Shown: one piece after another, positions 47,043 through 56,657 of the stretch
Position numbering within the stretch: position 1 is the first letter of the stretch
How the letters are laid out: every line of letters starts with the position of its first letter
Origin: an uncultured Alphaproteobacteria bacterium
Lineage (GTDB): Bacteria > Pseudomonadota > Alphaproteobacteria > Rhodobacterales > Rhodobacteraceae
NCBI GenBank assembly: GCA_963715055.1
Contig: CAVQRB010000012.1
Coordinates: 1,640 to 65,639, forward strand
Length of the DNA: 64,000 nt
Direction of reading: 5' to 3'
Made by a program: the position numbers and the translations under genes
Notes under the pieces: model-generated
Told to the model about the DNA's origin: nothing
The model's database searches: none
Seen by the model: the letters and a program-made list of their open reading frames with translations, nothing else

Positions 47043-48785
47043 TCACCGACCCAAGGCGGCCCAGGCTTTCAGCAGCACGGCGGCGGATTCCGCACCGGGG
47101 TCGGCATGACCTTTCGAACGGGCACCCAATTTCTTCGACCGGCCCATCTGGCTGAGCAGATCTTTCGTCGACGCGGCCCCCAAGGTCGCCGCCTGCGCCG
47201 CCGCCGTCAGGCAGTCGGCCCAGGCGCCATCTTGCTCCAGCTCGGCGCGGGCCGCAGCCGCTGCAGGAGCCCAGGCATCCACCATGGTTTTCTGACCTGG
47301 AGACGCACCGCCGCGCTGCTGAATGCCGCGGACCATGCCCTCCAGCCAAAGCACAAGCGCCTCCGCGTCAAGGTTGAGCCGGTCTGAAACCGCGTGCCCG
47401 GCGGCCTGAAAACCGGAACTGTAAAGCGGGCCGACAGATGCGCCAACCGATCCAAGAAAGGCCTCCGCGATGTCATCGCACATCTCGCTGATCGTGACGG
47501 TCGCATCGGTGGTGTCCAGAACCGTCTGAACGGCCTTCCAGCCGATCTCCATTGTCAGCCCGTGATCCCCGTCGCCTATGGCGCCGTCCAGCGCATTCAA
47601 ACGCTCCCGATCTGCCTGTATCGCGCCGAGCGAGGCTGCCATCAGGTCACGAAACCGGGCCGGAGTGATGTCGCCTTCGGTTTTCAACCGGCTCCGGTCG
47701 ATGGACTGTCTGGCCTTTGGTTTTTTTCGCGCCTGCCGCGCCCGGATGGGCGCGCCTTGCTCGGTCGCATTCTGACCGACACGCAGTGCAGGCGTTTCGC
47801 ATGGATGATCGAGCCATCTGGTCAGGTCATCGTCCAGCTTCATGACCGTGATCGATGCCCCTTCCATATCGAGCGAGGTGCAATACTCGCCGACCCAGCT
47901 CATGTGAATTTCGACACTGCGTTTACCCAGCACCTGTGCGACGCGACGATGCAGGATATAGAGTTCCAACAGGCTGGTGGAGCCAAGCCCGTTGACAAGA
48001 ACCGCAACCCGGTCGCCCTGCTTGAGGTCCAGCTCCTCGACAATCGGTCCAAGCAGCTTGTCCGCCACGGCATCGGCGCTGCCGGCAGGGCCGCGCTCGA
48101 CCCCCGGCTCGCCATGGATACCCATGCCGATCTCCATCTCGCCCGCAGGCAGTTCGAAGTTGACCTTGCCCGTCTGCGGCATGGTGCAGGCGGAAAGGGC
48201 AACGCCCATGGTGCGCGTGGCGTCATTGGCCCGGCGCGAAGCCGCTTCCACGTCTTCCAGTGACAGGCCAAGATCCGCCGCGGCGCCAGCGATCTTGAAC
48301 ACGAAGAAATCGCCCGCAATTCCGCGACGCTCGTGGATCCGGTCGTTGGGCGCGGAGGCGATATCATCGGTAACGACAAAGGACCGAGCGGTGATGCCAT
48401 GCTCGCCGAGCCCTTCTTCGGCCATGCCGAAGTTCATCACGTCGCCCGTATAGTTGCCGTAAAGGAACAACACTCCCGCCCCGCCATCCGCGGCAAAGCC
48501 CGCATCCATGATCTGGGAAGGCGAGGGAGACGCGAAAATATTGCCCAAAGGTGCTGCATCGGCCAGCCCCCGACCGACATAGCCCGCAAAGGCGGGCTCA
48601 TGCCCCGAGCCGCCGCCGACAACGATCCCGACCTTGCCCTCCCTGGGCCCGTTTCGTGCGACAATCGCGCGGCCCGTCTCCCCCTGCACACAAAGATACT
48701 GCGGGTGTGCGGTGATCATACCCTCGATCAGCTGTTCAATCAGCGCATCCGGGTCATTGATCAGCTTCCTGCGCTGCGTCGTCAT
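47043..48785 (-). CDS. Dihydroxyacetone-kinase-family kinase (fused DhaK+DhaL), copy 2
   Basis: GGGSGHEPAF, NYTGD, DGDHG motifs. Confidence 0.9.
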   Translation of the reverse strand: MTTQRRKLINDPDALIEQLIEGMITAHPQYLCVQGETGRAIVARNGPREGKVGIVVGGGSGHEPAFAGYVGRGLADAAPLGNIFASPSPSQIMDAGFAADGGAGVLFLYGNYTGDVMNFGMAEEGLGEHGITARSFVVTDDIASAPNDRIHERRGIAGDFFVFKIAGAAADLGLSLEDVEAASRRANDATRTMGVALSACTMPQTGKVNFELPAGEMEIGMGIHGEPGVERGPAGSADAVADKLLGPIVEELDLKQGDRVAVLVNGLGSTSLLELYILHRRVAQVLGKRSVEIHMSWVGEYCTSLDMEGASITVMKLDDDLTRWLDHPCETPALRVGQNATEQGAPIRARQARKKPKARQSIDRSRLKTEGDITPARFRDLMAASLGAIQADRERLNALDGAIGDGDHGLTMEIGWKAVQTVLDTTDATVTISEMCDDIAEAFLGSVGASVGPLYSSGFQAAGHAVSDRLNLDAEALVLWLEGMVRGIQQRGGASPGQKTMVDAWAPAAAAARAELEQDGAWADCLTAAAQAATLGAASTKDLLSQMGRSKKLGARSKGHADPGAESAAVLLKAWAALGR

Positions 48786-48872
48786 GAGATAAGGCCTCCC
48801 TTTTTCAACAGGTTAAAGAACGAAACTCGGCGGCGCCAAGCGAAATCCATCTGCGCGCACGGCATCGCGTTT

Positions 48873-49328
48873 TCACTTTCTGGTGTATTTGTCATTCACC
48901 GCGTTGATTGCTGCAACATTGGCAGCCGATCGCCCCTCGGGGTCGAATGAGGCCGACAGAAAGGCGTCTGCGATGTCCTTGGCCAGTTCAGGCCCGATCA
49001 CCCGCGCGCCCATGGTGATGATCTGCGCATTGTTGGAGGTGGCAGCTTTTGCCGCAGAATAGGTATCGTGACATTGCGCGGCACGGATGCCCGCGACCTT
49101 GTTGGCGGCAATCTGCACGCCGATCCCCGTGCCGCAGACGAGAATGGCCCTGTCATACTCTCCGGCCATGATGGCGGTGGCCACGCGATCGGAGAGGTTG
49201 GCATAGAACGCATCCACGTGCCCCTCGACGCGCGAGACATGGTGTACCTCATGGCGATCCCCGAGGTGGTCCGCAAGAATGGCCGCAAGACCCTCGCCAG
49301 CACTGTCTCCGGCAACTGCAATCTTCAT
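48873..49328 (-). CDS. rpiB: RpiB/LacA/LacB-family sugar-phosphate isomerase
   Basis: [11 protein letters not shown]...ILVCGTGIG...AAxCHD motifs; ATGA overlap with tpiA-like gene. Confidence 0.9.
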   Translation of the reverse strand: MKIAVAGDSAGEGLAAILADHLGDRHEVHHVSRVEGHVDAFYANLSDRVATAIMAGEYDRAILVCGTGIGVQIAANKVAGIRAAQCHDTYSAAKAATSNNAQIITMGARVIGPELAKDIADAFLSASFDPEGRSAANVAAINAVNDKYTRK

Positions 49329-50113
49329 GTCTTCTCCTTTTGCGCATCCAGCACCGCGGCACAGCGGCCGATGATATCGATGTATCCTTCCACAGCCCAG
49401 GCGGCGCGACCGATGAACAACCCGTCAACGTGCGGGCGGCAGATCAGCTCCTGACAGTTTTCGGCGGTAACCGATCCGCCGTAAAGGCAGGGTACCGCCT
49501 TGCCAACAACCTCCCGCGCCACGGCAATGATTTCCGCATGGCGGGCATCGGCATAATCCGGGGTCGCCGGGACCCCGCCTCCGCCGATGGCCCAGACCGG
49601 TTCATAGGCCAGCAGGACCGGACGGGATTTCTGTTCATCCCGCAGATGGCCGAGCGCGTGGCGCACTTGTGTCTCAAGCCGCGATTGCGCCAGCCCGGCA
49701 TCACGCTCAGCCAGGGTTTCGCCGATGCAAACCAGAGGGATCAATCCGTTCCTGACGGCAGCTTCGACTTTCAGCCCCACCGTATGATCGGTTTCGCCAA
49801 AATGCGCCCGCCGCTCGGAATGACCGATCTCCACCATGTCGAGGCCGCAGTCGACCAGCATGGAGGCGGAGATCTCTCCCGTCCAGGCGCCGGCGTCTTC
49901 CCAGTGCATGTTTTGCGCACCGACCAGAACCGGGGTGTGCACGAGGCGCGCCTTGACCTGACGCGCGGTGGTGAAAGGCGGAATGACAAAGCGTTGGAGT
50001 GACAAGTTGCATGTCGATGGTTCTTGCGCGAGCCGCTCGGCAAACCGCTCGGCTTCTGCAAGCGACTTGTTCATTTTCCAGCTTGTGCCGATCCACTTTC
50101 TCGCAGCTACCAT
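49325..50113 (-). CDS. tpiA: Triose-phosphate-isomerase-family protein (possibly a tetrose-phosphate isomerase paralogue)
   Basis: [21 protein letters not shown] motifs. Confidence 0.85.
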   Translation of the reverse strand: MVAARKWIGTSWKMNKSLAEAERFAERLAQEPSTCNLSLQRFVIPPFTTARQVKARLVHTPVLVGAQNMHWEDAGAWTGEISASMLVDCGLDMVEIGHSERRAHFGETDHTVGLKVEAAVRNGLIPLVCIGETLAERDAGLAQSRLETQVRHALGHLRDEQKSRPVLLAYEPVWAIGGGGVPATPDYADARHAEIIAVAREVVGKAVPCLYGGSVTAENCQELICRPHVDGLFIGRAAWAVEGYIDIIGRCAAVLDAQKEKT

Positions 50114-50211
50114 ACCCGATCACCTGTCTTGAGGTGCGCTGATCATGCCCGGATGCATCCTTGCGTCCGAGAGAAGACGATCAATTGCCGTCGCCCTCTC
50201 CTCTGACGGTC

Positions 50212-50823
50212 TTATTCTGCCGCCAAGGCCTTTTCGTGATGCACGATTTCGGTACCCAACACCGAAAGATACTCGCGGATGAAGGCCGCAAGCGCCGTCC
50301 ATCCTTCGGCCGTGACGAGATTGCCGTCCCGCAAAGCGGCCTTGGGCCCGATCTTGACATAGGTGGCCTCGGTCAACGCCACTTCGGGTTCGACCGTGAA
50401 GAGCCCAGCGACCTTCTTGCCCGCAATCACTTCCGGAACGGCGATGAGGACCTGAAGCCCGTGGCAGATCGCGGCAATCGGCTTGTCGGCGCGATGAAAC
50501 TCCCGGACGATCTCGCGAACCCTTGGGTAGGTGCGGATGTACTCCGGCCCCCGGCCACCCGCGATATAGACGGAGTCGTACTTCGCGGTGTCCACGCGGT
50601 CGAAATCCACGGAGACTTCCACCGCGTGTCCCTTGTGCTCCGTCCATGTCATCACACCGGGTCCGAAATCGTGCACGCTTGTGGTAACCCGGTCACCTTT
50701 GCGGGTTTCCGGGCAGACAATGTCGACCGTGTGACCCAAAGCCTCCATCGCCTGTTGCACCACGAAGATCTCGTATTCCTCGGAATACTCTCCGATGAGC
50801 ATCAGAATCTTTTTTCCAGTCAT
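50212..50823 (-). CDS. DJ-1/PfpI-family protein
   Basis: Start at MTGKKILML; nucleophile elbow AAICHG; ORF to 50940 trimmed. Confidence 0.85.
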   Translation of the reverse strand: MTGKKILMLIGEYSEEYEIFVVQQAMEALGHTVDIVCPETRKGDRVTTSVHDFGPGVMTWTEHKGHAVEVSVDFDRVDTAKYDSVYIAGGRGPEYIRTYPRVREIVREFHRADKPIAAICHGLQVLIAVPEVIAGKKVAGLFTVEPEVALTEATYVKIGPKAALRDGNLVTAEGWTALAAFIREYLSVLGTEIVHHEKALAAE

Positions 50824-51233
50824 GATTGTCCCTTTCAACCCTTCCGCACGGCAAGCGACGCACCGCCTTTCGGACTCCAGTCTGAGCCTAGCAAAAATTT
50901 CCCGTTGCAACCAGTTTTCTGGAGGATGATCGCAGACCAATGTCTGACGTAAGACAACATCGGCCGATCCAACCAGTTCGGGTACGCCAACATCGCCCTC
51001 GTGCCGGTCAGGAACGGAGCTCCGGAGGGGTTTGGAAATCCTTGACGGGCTCAGGTTTGGTTATGGTCAGACGCCAAGCGGCCGCCCTGCCCGTCTCAAC
51101 TTCACTCCTTATGGCAACGCCCTTGCTGGCACTGCCTGCGGGCAACCTCATTCGGCGCGGTCGAGCATTCCGGACTTCAGTCTTGGGTCCCCCGACCTTC
51201 ACCAGCAACGGCGCATCTCCAAAAGCCTCAAAG

Positions 51234-51527
51234 TCAGGTAGGGCCGGGCAAGCCACCTTCCCAGTGCTCGCCCAAGGCAACGATACAAGAGGTTCCGTTC
51301 GCATAGGTTTGAACAATCATCCAGCCGCCGCTGCCGCGCGTGACGCAAACTTCCAACATCGTTTCCGGATCCCGCAGCCCCATACCCTGGCGCTCGGCTC
51401 CAAGCACCTTTGTCAGCGTATGCGTCATGCGAACTGTATCATCGCAGCTGACATCGGCCATTTGTGCTGCTGAAAGCTCTGGCACAAGGAGGGCAAGGGA
51501 AAGGGTAAATGCGCAAGGAATGTTCAT
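51234..51527 (-). CDS. Small secreted hypothetical protein
   Basis: Start at MNIPCAF...; signal peptide ending SAAQ; four Cys; no family recognised. Confidence 0.45.
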   Translation of the reverse strand: MNIPCAFTLSLALLVPELSAAQMADVSCDDTVRMTHTLTKVLGAERQGMGLRDPETMLEVCVTRGSGGWMIVQTYANGTSCIVALGEHWEGGLPGPT

Positions 51528-51747
51528 GATTGCAGCATAAGCTCTGGCCATTCACTTTCTAACGACTTTATGACGCACTATGGGTAACTTTTCGCATTTG
51601 CCGTAGCCGCCAATCGTTTCAGCCACTTGGCCGTGCGTTTCCGTGACTGCGTCACGTTTTCGTCGCAGATAAGCAATCGAACTGATTCAAAACCGTCATG
51701 CGACTGTGGTCTTGGCCTTTTATCCGACCCTCAACGATGGGGGCGAA

Positions 51748-52548
51748 ATGCTGGCAATCAAAGCGCTGACCAAGCGGTTCGGAGACAAGACAGCCGTGGA
51801 TGGCGCGAACATCCGCGTGGACAAGCCGACAATGATCGGGATCATCGGAAGGTCAGGTGCGGGCAAATCGACGCTTCTGCGGATGGTCAATCGGCTGAGC
51901 GATGCGACCGCGGGCACGATCATCTTCGACGGCGAAGAGATCACCGCCCTGCGCGGGGCGGCAAAACGCGACTGGCAGTCCCGCTGCGCCATGATCTTTC
52001 AGCAGTTCAATCTCGTGCCACGGATGGATGTGGTGTCCAATGACCTGCACGGAACCCTGAACAAACGATCAACGCTGGCGACGATGTTCAACCTTTTTCC
52101 GCAATCGGATATCCACCGGGCAATCGAGATCCTTGACAGGCTCGGCATCGCCGAACAGGCACCGAAGCGCGCCGAGGCCCTCTCCGGTGGCCAGCAACAG
52201 CGCGTGGCCATTGCACGCGCCTTGATGCAGGACCCAAGGATCATTCTGGCGGACGAACCCATCGCCAGTCTCGACCCGATGAATGCTCAGGTGGTAATGC
52301 AGTCGCTGCGCACGATCCATGAAGAGGACGGGCGCATGGTGATCGCGAACCTGCATACGCTGGATACGGCGCGGCGGTATTGCGACCGCGTGATCGGGAT
52401 GCGCGACGGGCGGATCGTCTTCGACGGCACGCCGGCACAACTGACCACCGGTGTCGCACGCGACATCTACGGCGCGGGCGCGGATTTCTCCGAAGCCGCG
52501 ACTTCCACCGAAATCGAAACACTGGACAGGCAAACCGTTCACGCCTGA
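51748..52548 (+). CDS. phnC: Phosphonate ABC transporter ATP-binding protein PhnC
   Basis: [52 protein letters not shown] motifs. Confidence 0.9.
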   Translation: MLAIKALTKRFGDKTAVDGANIRVDKPTMIGIIGRSGAGKSTLLRMVNRLSDATAGTIIFDGEEITALRGAAKRDWQSRCAMIFQQFNLVPRMDVVSNDLHGTLNKRSTLATMFNLFPQSDIHRAIEILDRLGIAEQAPKRAEALSGGQQQRVAIARALMQDPRIILADEPIASLDPMNAQVVMQSLRTIHEEDGRMVIANLHTLDTARRYCDRVIGMRDGRIVFDGTPAQLTTGVARDIYGAGADFSEAATSTEIETLDRQTVHA

Positions 52549-52600
52549 GCCAGTTTCCCTACCTGCACGAGAGCGGGGCCAATCAAGCATGGAGACATCA

Positions 52601-52792
52601 ATGACCAAGACACTCGCACTGGCACTTGCGGCCACAACAGCGCTCAGTACGGGCGCATTCGCTTAGGAAATCAAAGAGAACCTCGATGAGGTGATCGTGG
52701 ATGACGCCGGCACGCGGATGTTCGTCTGCTCCGATACCGATTACTGCGGGGCGCGTCGATCCGCCGGCCACCGTGGAAAGGACGCGGCATGA
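52601..52792 (+). pseudogene. Deletion scar: phnD signal peptide (21 codons, then TAG) followed in frame by the C-terminal 42 codons of phnJ
   Basis: GGAGA SD + MTKTLALALAATTALSTGAFA-TAG, then EIKENLDEVIVDDAGTRMFVCSDTDYCGARR... ending in ATGA overlap with phnK. Confidence 0.6.
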
Positions 52793-53559
52793 CGCCTTTG
52801 CTCTCCGTTCAGGGGGTTTCGAAACGCTACGGCGCAAATATCGGCTGCACCGATGTATCCTTCGACCTCTACCCCGGCGAAGTCATGGGGATCGTGGGCG
52901 AAAGCGGCTCGGGTAAATCGACCCTGCTGAACTGCATGGCCGGGCATCTGCCGCCCGATACTGGCAAGGTGATCTTCGATACGCGCGGCGATGGGCCGCG
53001 CGACACGCTCACCATGTCCGAACCCGAACGCCGGATGCTGTCGCGCACCGACTGGGCTTTCGTGCACCAGCACGCGCGCGACGGTCTGCGCATGGGTGTG
53101 AGCGCCGGCGGAAACGTCGGCGAGCGATTGATGGCGGTGGGCGCGCGGCACTACGGCGACATCCGCGCCAAGGCGACCGACTGGCTGGCACGCGTGGAGA
53201 TCGATGCCAGCCGGGTGGACGACCGCCCGACGACCTTTTCCGGCGGGATGCAGCAGCGGCTGCAGATCGCACGCAACCTCGTCACCGGCCCGCGGCTTGT
53301 CTTCATGGACGAACCGACAGGTGGTCTCGATGTCTCGGTGCAGGCGCGTCTGCTCGACCTCTTGCGCGGGCTGGTGCGGGACATGGGGCTCTCGGCCATC
53401 ATCGTGACCCACGATCTCGCCGTGGTGCGTTTTCTGGCGGACCGGCTTATGGTGATGAAGTCCGGCCACGTGGTCGAAGCCGGGCTGACCGACCAGGTGC
53501 TGGACGATCCGCAACACGCCTACAGCCAGCTTCTCGTCAGTTCTGTCTTGCAGGTATGA
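52789..53559 (+). CDS. phnK: C-P lyase system ATP-binding protein PhnK
   Basis: GESGSGKSTLL, FSGGMQQRLQIARNL, VFMDEPTGGLD; followed by phnL. Confidence 0.9.
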   Translation: MTPLLSVQGVSKRYGANIGCTDVSFDLYPGEVMGIVGESGSGKSTLLNCMAGHLPPDTGKVIFDTRGDGPRDTLTMSEPERRMLSRTDWAFVHQHARDGLRMGVSAGGNVGERLMAVGARHYGDIRAKATDWLARVEIDASRVDDRPTTFSGGMQQRLQIARNLVTGPRLVFMDEPTGGLDVSVQARLLDLLRGLVRDMGLSAIIVTHDLAVVRFLADRLMVMKSGHVVEAGLTDQVLDDPQHAYSQLLVSSVLQV

Positions 53560-53562
53560 AGA

Positions 53563-54246
53563 ATGATTGAACTCAAGGACGTCTCCAAAACCTTCACGCT
53601 CCACAACCAGGGCGGCGCCGTAATCGAAGTTTTGAGCGGTGTCTCGCAGCGCGTGGCACCGGGCGAATGCGTCGCCCTGACCGGATCATCGGGGGCGGGA
53701 AAGTCCACCCTGATGCGGATGATCTACGGCAACTACCTGACCCAGAAAGGTGAAATCCGCATCGGCGATATCGACCTCGTGACGGCAAGGCCCCGGGACG
53801 TGATCGCCCTGCGGCGAGAGGTGCTGGGCTATGTCAGCCAGTTCCTGCGCGTGGTGCCGCGGGTGCCGGCCCTTGACGTCGTGGGGGAGCCCCTGCGCGC
53901 GCTCGGCGCCTCCGCGCAGCACGCCGAAGCCCGTGCCCGGGACCTGCTGCGGCAGCTTAATATTCCCCAACGGCTTTGGGCCCTGTCGCCCACCACCTTT
54001 TCCGGCGGTGAACAGCAGCGGGTGAACATCGCGCGCGGCTTTGCCCATGCCTATCCCGCGATGCTTCTGGACGAGCCAACCGCCAGCCTCGACCCCGAGA
54101 ACCGCGAGGTCGTCCTGTCGCTGATCGACGAGGCAAAGGCGCGGGGAGCAGCTCTGATCGGGATCTTCCACGACGAGGCCGCCCGCGCGCGCGTCTGCGA
54201 TCGCGAGATCGATGTCAGCCGCTTCACGCCGGGCCGCGCCGCATGA
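53563..54246 (+). CDS. phnL: C-P lyase system ATP-binding protein PhnL
   Basis: [36 protein letters not shown]. Confidence 0.9.
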   Translation: MIELKDVSKTFTLHNQGGAVIEVLSGVSQRVAPGECVALTGSSGAGKSTLMRMIYGNYLTQKGEIRIGDIDLVTARPRDVIALRREVLGYVSQFLRVVPRVPALDVVGEPLRALGASAQHAEARARDLLRQLNIPQRLWALSPTTFSGGEQQRVNIARGFAHAYPAMLLDEPTASLDPENREVVLSLIDEAKARGAALIGIFHDEAARARVCDREIDVSRFTPGRAA

Positions 54247-54788
54247 CGCAAGGTCGCCTCATCGCCGTGGTCGGCCCGTCGGGTGTCGGCAAGGACAGCG
54301 TGATGGCCGGCATTCACGCCGCCTGCCCCGGCATCAACCTCGTGCGCCGTGTCATTACCCGTAAGGCGGAACCTTGCGGCGAGGATCATGAAACGGTGAC
54401 GGTCGCGCGTTTCGACGAGATGGCGCGCAATGGGTCCTTCGCGGTGCATTGGCGCGCGCATGGATTGTCCTATGGCATACCCGCAGATGTGCAGGAGCAC
54501 CTGAGCAGGGGCAAGGATTGCCTCGCCAATCTTTCCCGCAAGGCACTTGAGGAAGCGGCAGCGACCTTTCCGCGCCTTCTGGTCCTGAACATCACGGCAG
54601 CCCCCGATACATTGGCACGCCGCCTGGCCGGACGCGGACGGGAAACGCAGGGCCAGATCGAGAAGCGCCTCGCGCAAGCCGCCAAACCCCTGCCGGAAGG
54701 GCTGGAAATCCTCCATCTGTCAAATGACGGTTTGCTTTCAGAGACCGTGACCCGCGCCCTGACGCTGCTTCAACCGGCGAGCTTATAG
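54243..54788 (+). CDS. phnN: Ribose 1,5-bisphosphokinase PhnN
   Basis: Guanylate-kinase-like GPSGVGKDS P-loop, HGLSYGIP motif; ATGA overlap with phnL. Confidence 0.85.
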   Translation: MTQGRLIAVVGPSGVGKDSVMAGIHAACPGINLVRRVITRKAEPCGEDHETVTVARFDEMARNGSFAVHWRAHGLSYGIPADVQEHLSRGKDCLANLSRKALEEAAATFPRLLVLNITAAPDTLARRLAGRGRETQGQIEKRLAQAAKPLPEGLEILHLSNDGLLSETVTRALTLLQPASL

Positions 54789-55441
54789 CGATGGATCAGC
54801 TCGAACCGCCCATCCTCGCGTTCTCCGCAAAGGGCGATCTCGTCGATGGCAAACGGGCTCGGCAGGTCTGGCAGATGCCTGCGCAGGGTGTCGCACCAGT
54901 GGCCGAGTTGCTTCTTGTCCACCCGCCCCGAGAGAGTGAGATGGAACCGGAACTCCTCCAGCACGTAAGGATACCCCCATTCCGTCAGCAGCACCTCCTG
55001 CCGCGGGCTCAGACCGGCGCTGCGGCGGCGCGCCAGTTCCGTATCGGAGGCAGGCGCCCTGAAACCATCCAGATCGCGCACGCAGGCGCTCGCTATCCTT
55101 TGCAGATCGGCGGTGTCGCCCGCTGGCGTCAGGGCCAGAAAGCGGCCGATCACTGCCAGGTCGAGACGCTCGCAAGCGCCGGGCGCAAGCCGCGACGCGA
55201 GCTCCGCCGTGGACGCGTCCAACTCCGGCAGCCCATAGCCTTCGCGCAAGCGGAAGGGCGGCTTGAGCGTGCCGTGAAATCCATATTTTCGAGGTGTCAT
55301 GGTTATGTCATCTAGACCGGGAAGGTCGGGTTGGCGCGCCTCGCAGCCGCGCACGACGTCCCAGCCCAACCACGTCGCGCCGAAATCCGACAAGGAGCCT
55401 GACGGTGGCAGATAATAAATCGCAAATCGAGAGTATGCCAT
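54770..55441 (-). CDS. DUF1045 (2H-phosphoesterase-like) phosphonate-metabolism protein
   Basis: MAYSRFAIYYLP N-terminus, HGTLKPPF and FHLTLS (two HxT/S motifs); start trimmed from ORF 54770..55516. Confidence 0.8.
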   Translation of the reverse strand: MAYSRFAIYYLPPSGSLSDFGATWLGWDVVRGCEARQPDLPGLDDITMTPRKYGFHGTLKPPFRLREGYGLPELDASTAELASRLAPGACERLDLAVIGRFLALTPAGDTADLQRIASACVRDLDGFRAPASDTELARRRSAGLSPRQEVLLTEWGYPYVLEEFRFHLTLSGRVDKKQLGHWCDTLRRHLPDLPSPFAIDEIALCGEREDGRFELIHRYKLAG

Positions 55442-56633
55442 GACTTCCCCTTTCGACTCCGCCTCTTTGGCAACCGCACGTGACAGGGCCGTGTCATGCG
55501 ATCTTTGTTTGGCCAATGCACGACTGGTCTTGCCCGATCAGGTGATACCCGGCTCGATGACCATCGAAAAGGGCATGATCGCGGAGATAGTCGAGGGCGA
55601 CCACGTTCCGCGGGGTGCGGTCGATTGTGCGGGCGACCTCGTGATGCCGGGATTGGTGGAACTGCACACGGACAATCTCGAGCGCCATATCGAGCCACGC
55701 CCGGACGTCGACTGGCCGCATCTGCCCGCCCTGATCGCCCATGACGCGGAACTGGCCTCCACGGGCATCACGACCGTTTTCGACGCCATGCGGGCAGGCT
55801 CGATCCACAGCGGCAAAGGACGATACATCGACTATGCACGCAAGCTGGCGGATGAGTTGCTGGCTGCCCGCGCCGAAGGGCTCTTCCGGATCAGCCACTT
55901 CCTGCACCTGCGGGCCGAGATCTGTTCGGAGACCCTGCTGGACGAACTGGCCGCATTCGGCCAGCAGGACCGGGTCGGCATCGTCAGCCTGATGGATCAC
56001 ACACCGGGCCAGCGCCAGTTCCGGGATCTTTCGGCGCTGAAAACCTATGTGTCCAGAAAACGCGGCATGAATGACGCAGAATTCATCGAGCACGTCGAAA
56101 GGCTCGTCGGCCTTCAGGACCGCTTCGGAGCGCGCCATGAAGCGGGAGCCGTCGCAGAGGCGAGGCGCCTCGGTGCGGTGCTGGCAAGCCACGATGACAC
56201 CACCGCCGGGCATGTCGAGACCTCCGCGAAGAATGGCGTAGGTTTCGCGGAGTTTCCAACGACCATGGAGGCCGCCGAGGCCTGCCGCAGCCATGGCATA
56301 GCTGTCATGATGGGCGCGCCCAATCTTATCCGCGGTGGATCGCACTCCGGAAATGTTGCCGCCGAAGATCTGGCGCGCGCGGACCTTCTGGACATTCTGT
56401 CGTCGGACTATGTGCCCTCTGCGCTGCTTCTCTCCGCCTTCCGGCTTGCCGAGATCTGGGGCGACCTGCCCCGCGCCGTCGCGACCGTCACCTGCAACCC
56501 CTCAGCGGCTGCGCTGCTGAAGGATCGAGGGGCCTTGCGTGTCGGCCTGCGCGGAGATGTGTTGCGCGTCCGCTGCATCGGGCAGACCCCCCTGCTATGC
56601 GGCGTGTGGAGCCAGGGACTGCGTGCCGGTTGA
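55440..56633 (+). CDS. phnM: Alpha-D-ribose 1-methylphosphonate 5-triphosphate diphosphatase PhnM
   Basis: Amidohydrolase fold: LANARLVLPD, PGLVELHTDNLE, SHDD. True start may be GTG 55491 rather than ATG 55440. Confidence 0.85.
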   Translation: MTSPFDSASLATARDRAVSCDLCLANARLVLPDQVIPGSMTIEKGMIAEIVEGDHVPRGAVDCAGDLVMPGLVELHTDNLERHIEPRPDVDWPHLPALIAHDAELASTGITTVFDAMRAGSIHSGKGRYIDYARKLADELLAARAEGLFRISHFLHLRAEICSETLLDELAAFGQQDRVGIVSLMDHTPGQRQFRDLSALKTYVSRKRGMNDAEFIEHVERLVGLQDRFGARHEAGAVAEARRLGAVLASHDDTTAGHVETSAKNGVGFAEFPTTMEAAEACRSHGIAVMMGAPNLIRGGSHSGNVAAEDLARADLLDILSSDYVPSALLLSAFRLAEIWGDLPRAVATVTCNPSAAALLKDRGALRVGLRGDVLRVRCIGQTPLLCGVWSQGLRAG

Positions 56634-56657
56634 GCAAGAGGGAAGAAACAGGGTGCC

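Noticed and set aside
50940-51473. 177-aa plus-strand ORF and 102-aa minus-strand ORF (51008..51316) between the DJ-1 gene and the small secreted protein
   Set aside because: The translations are Arg/Pro/Ala-rich or lack a plausible start. They overlap each other and the better-supported 51234..51527 gene.
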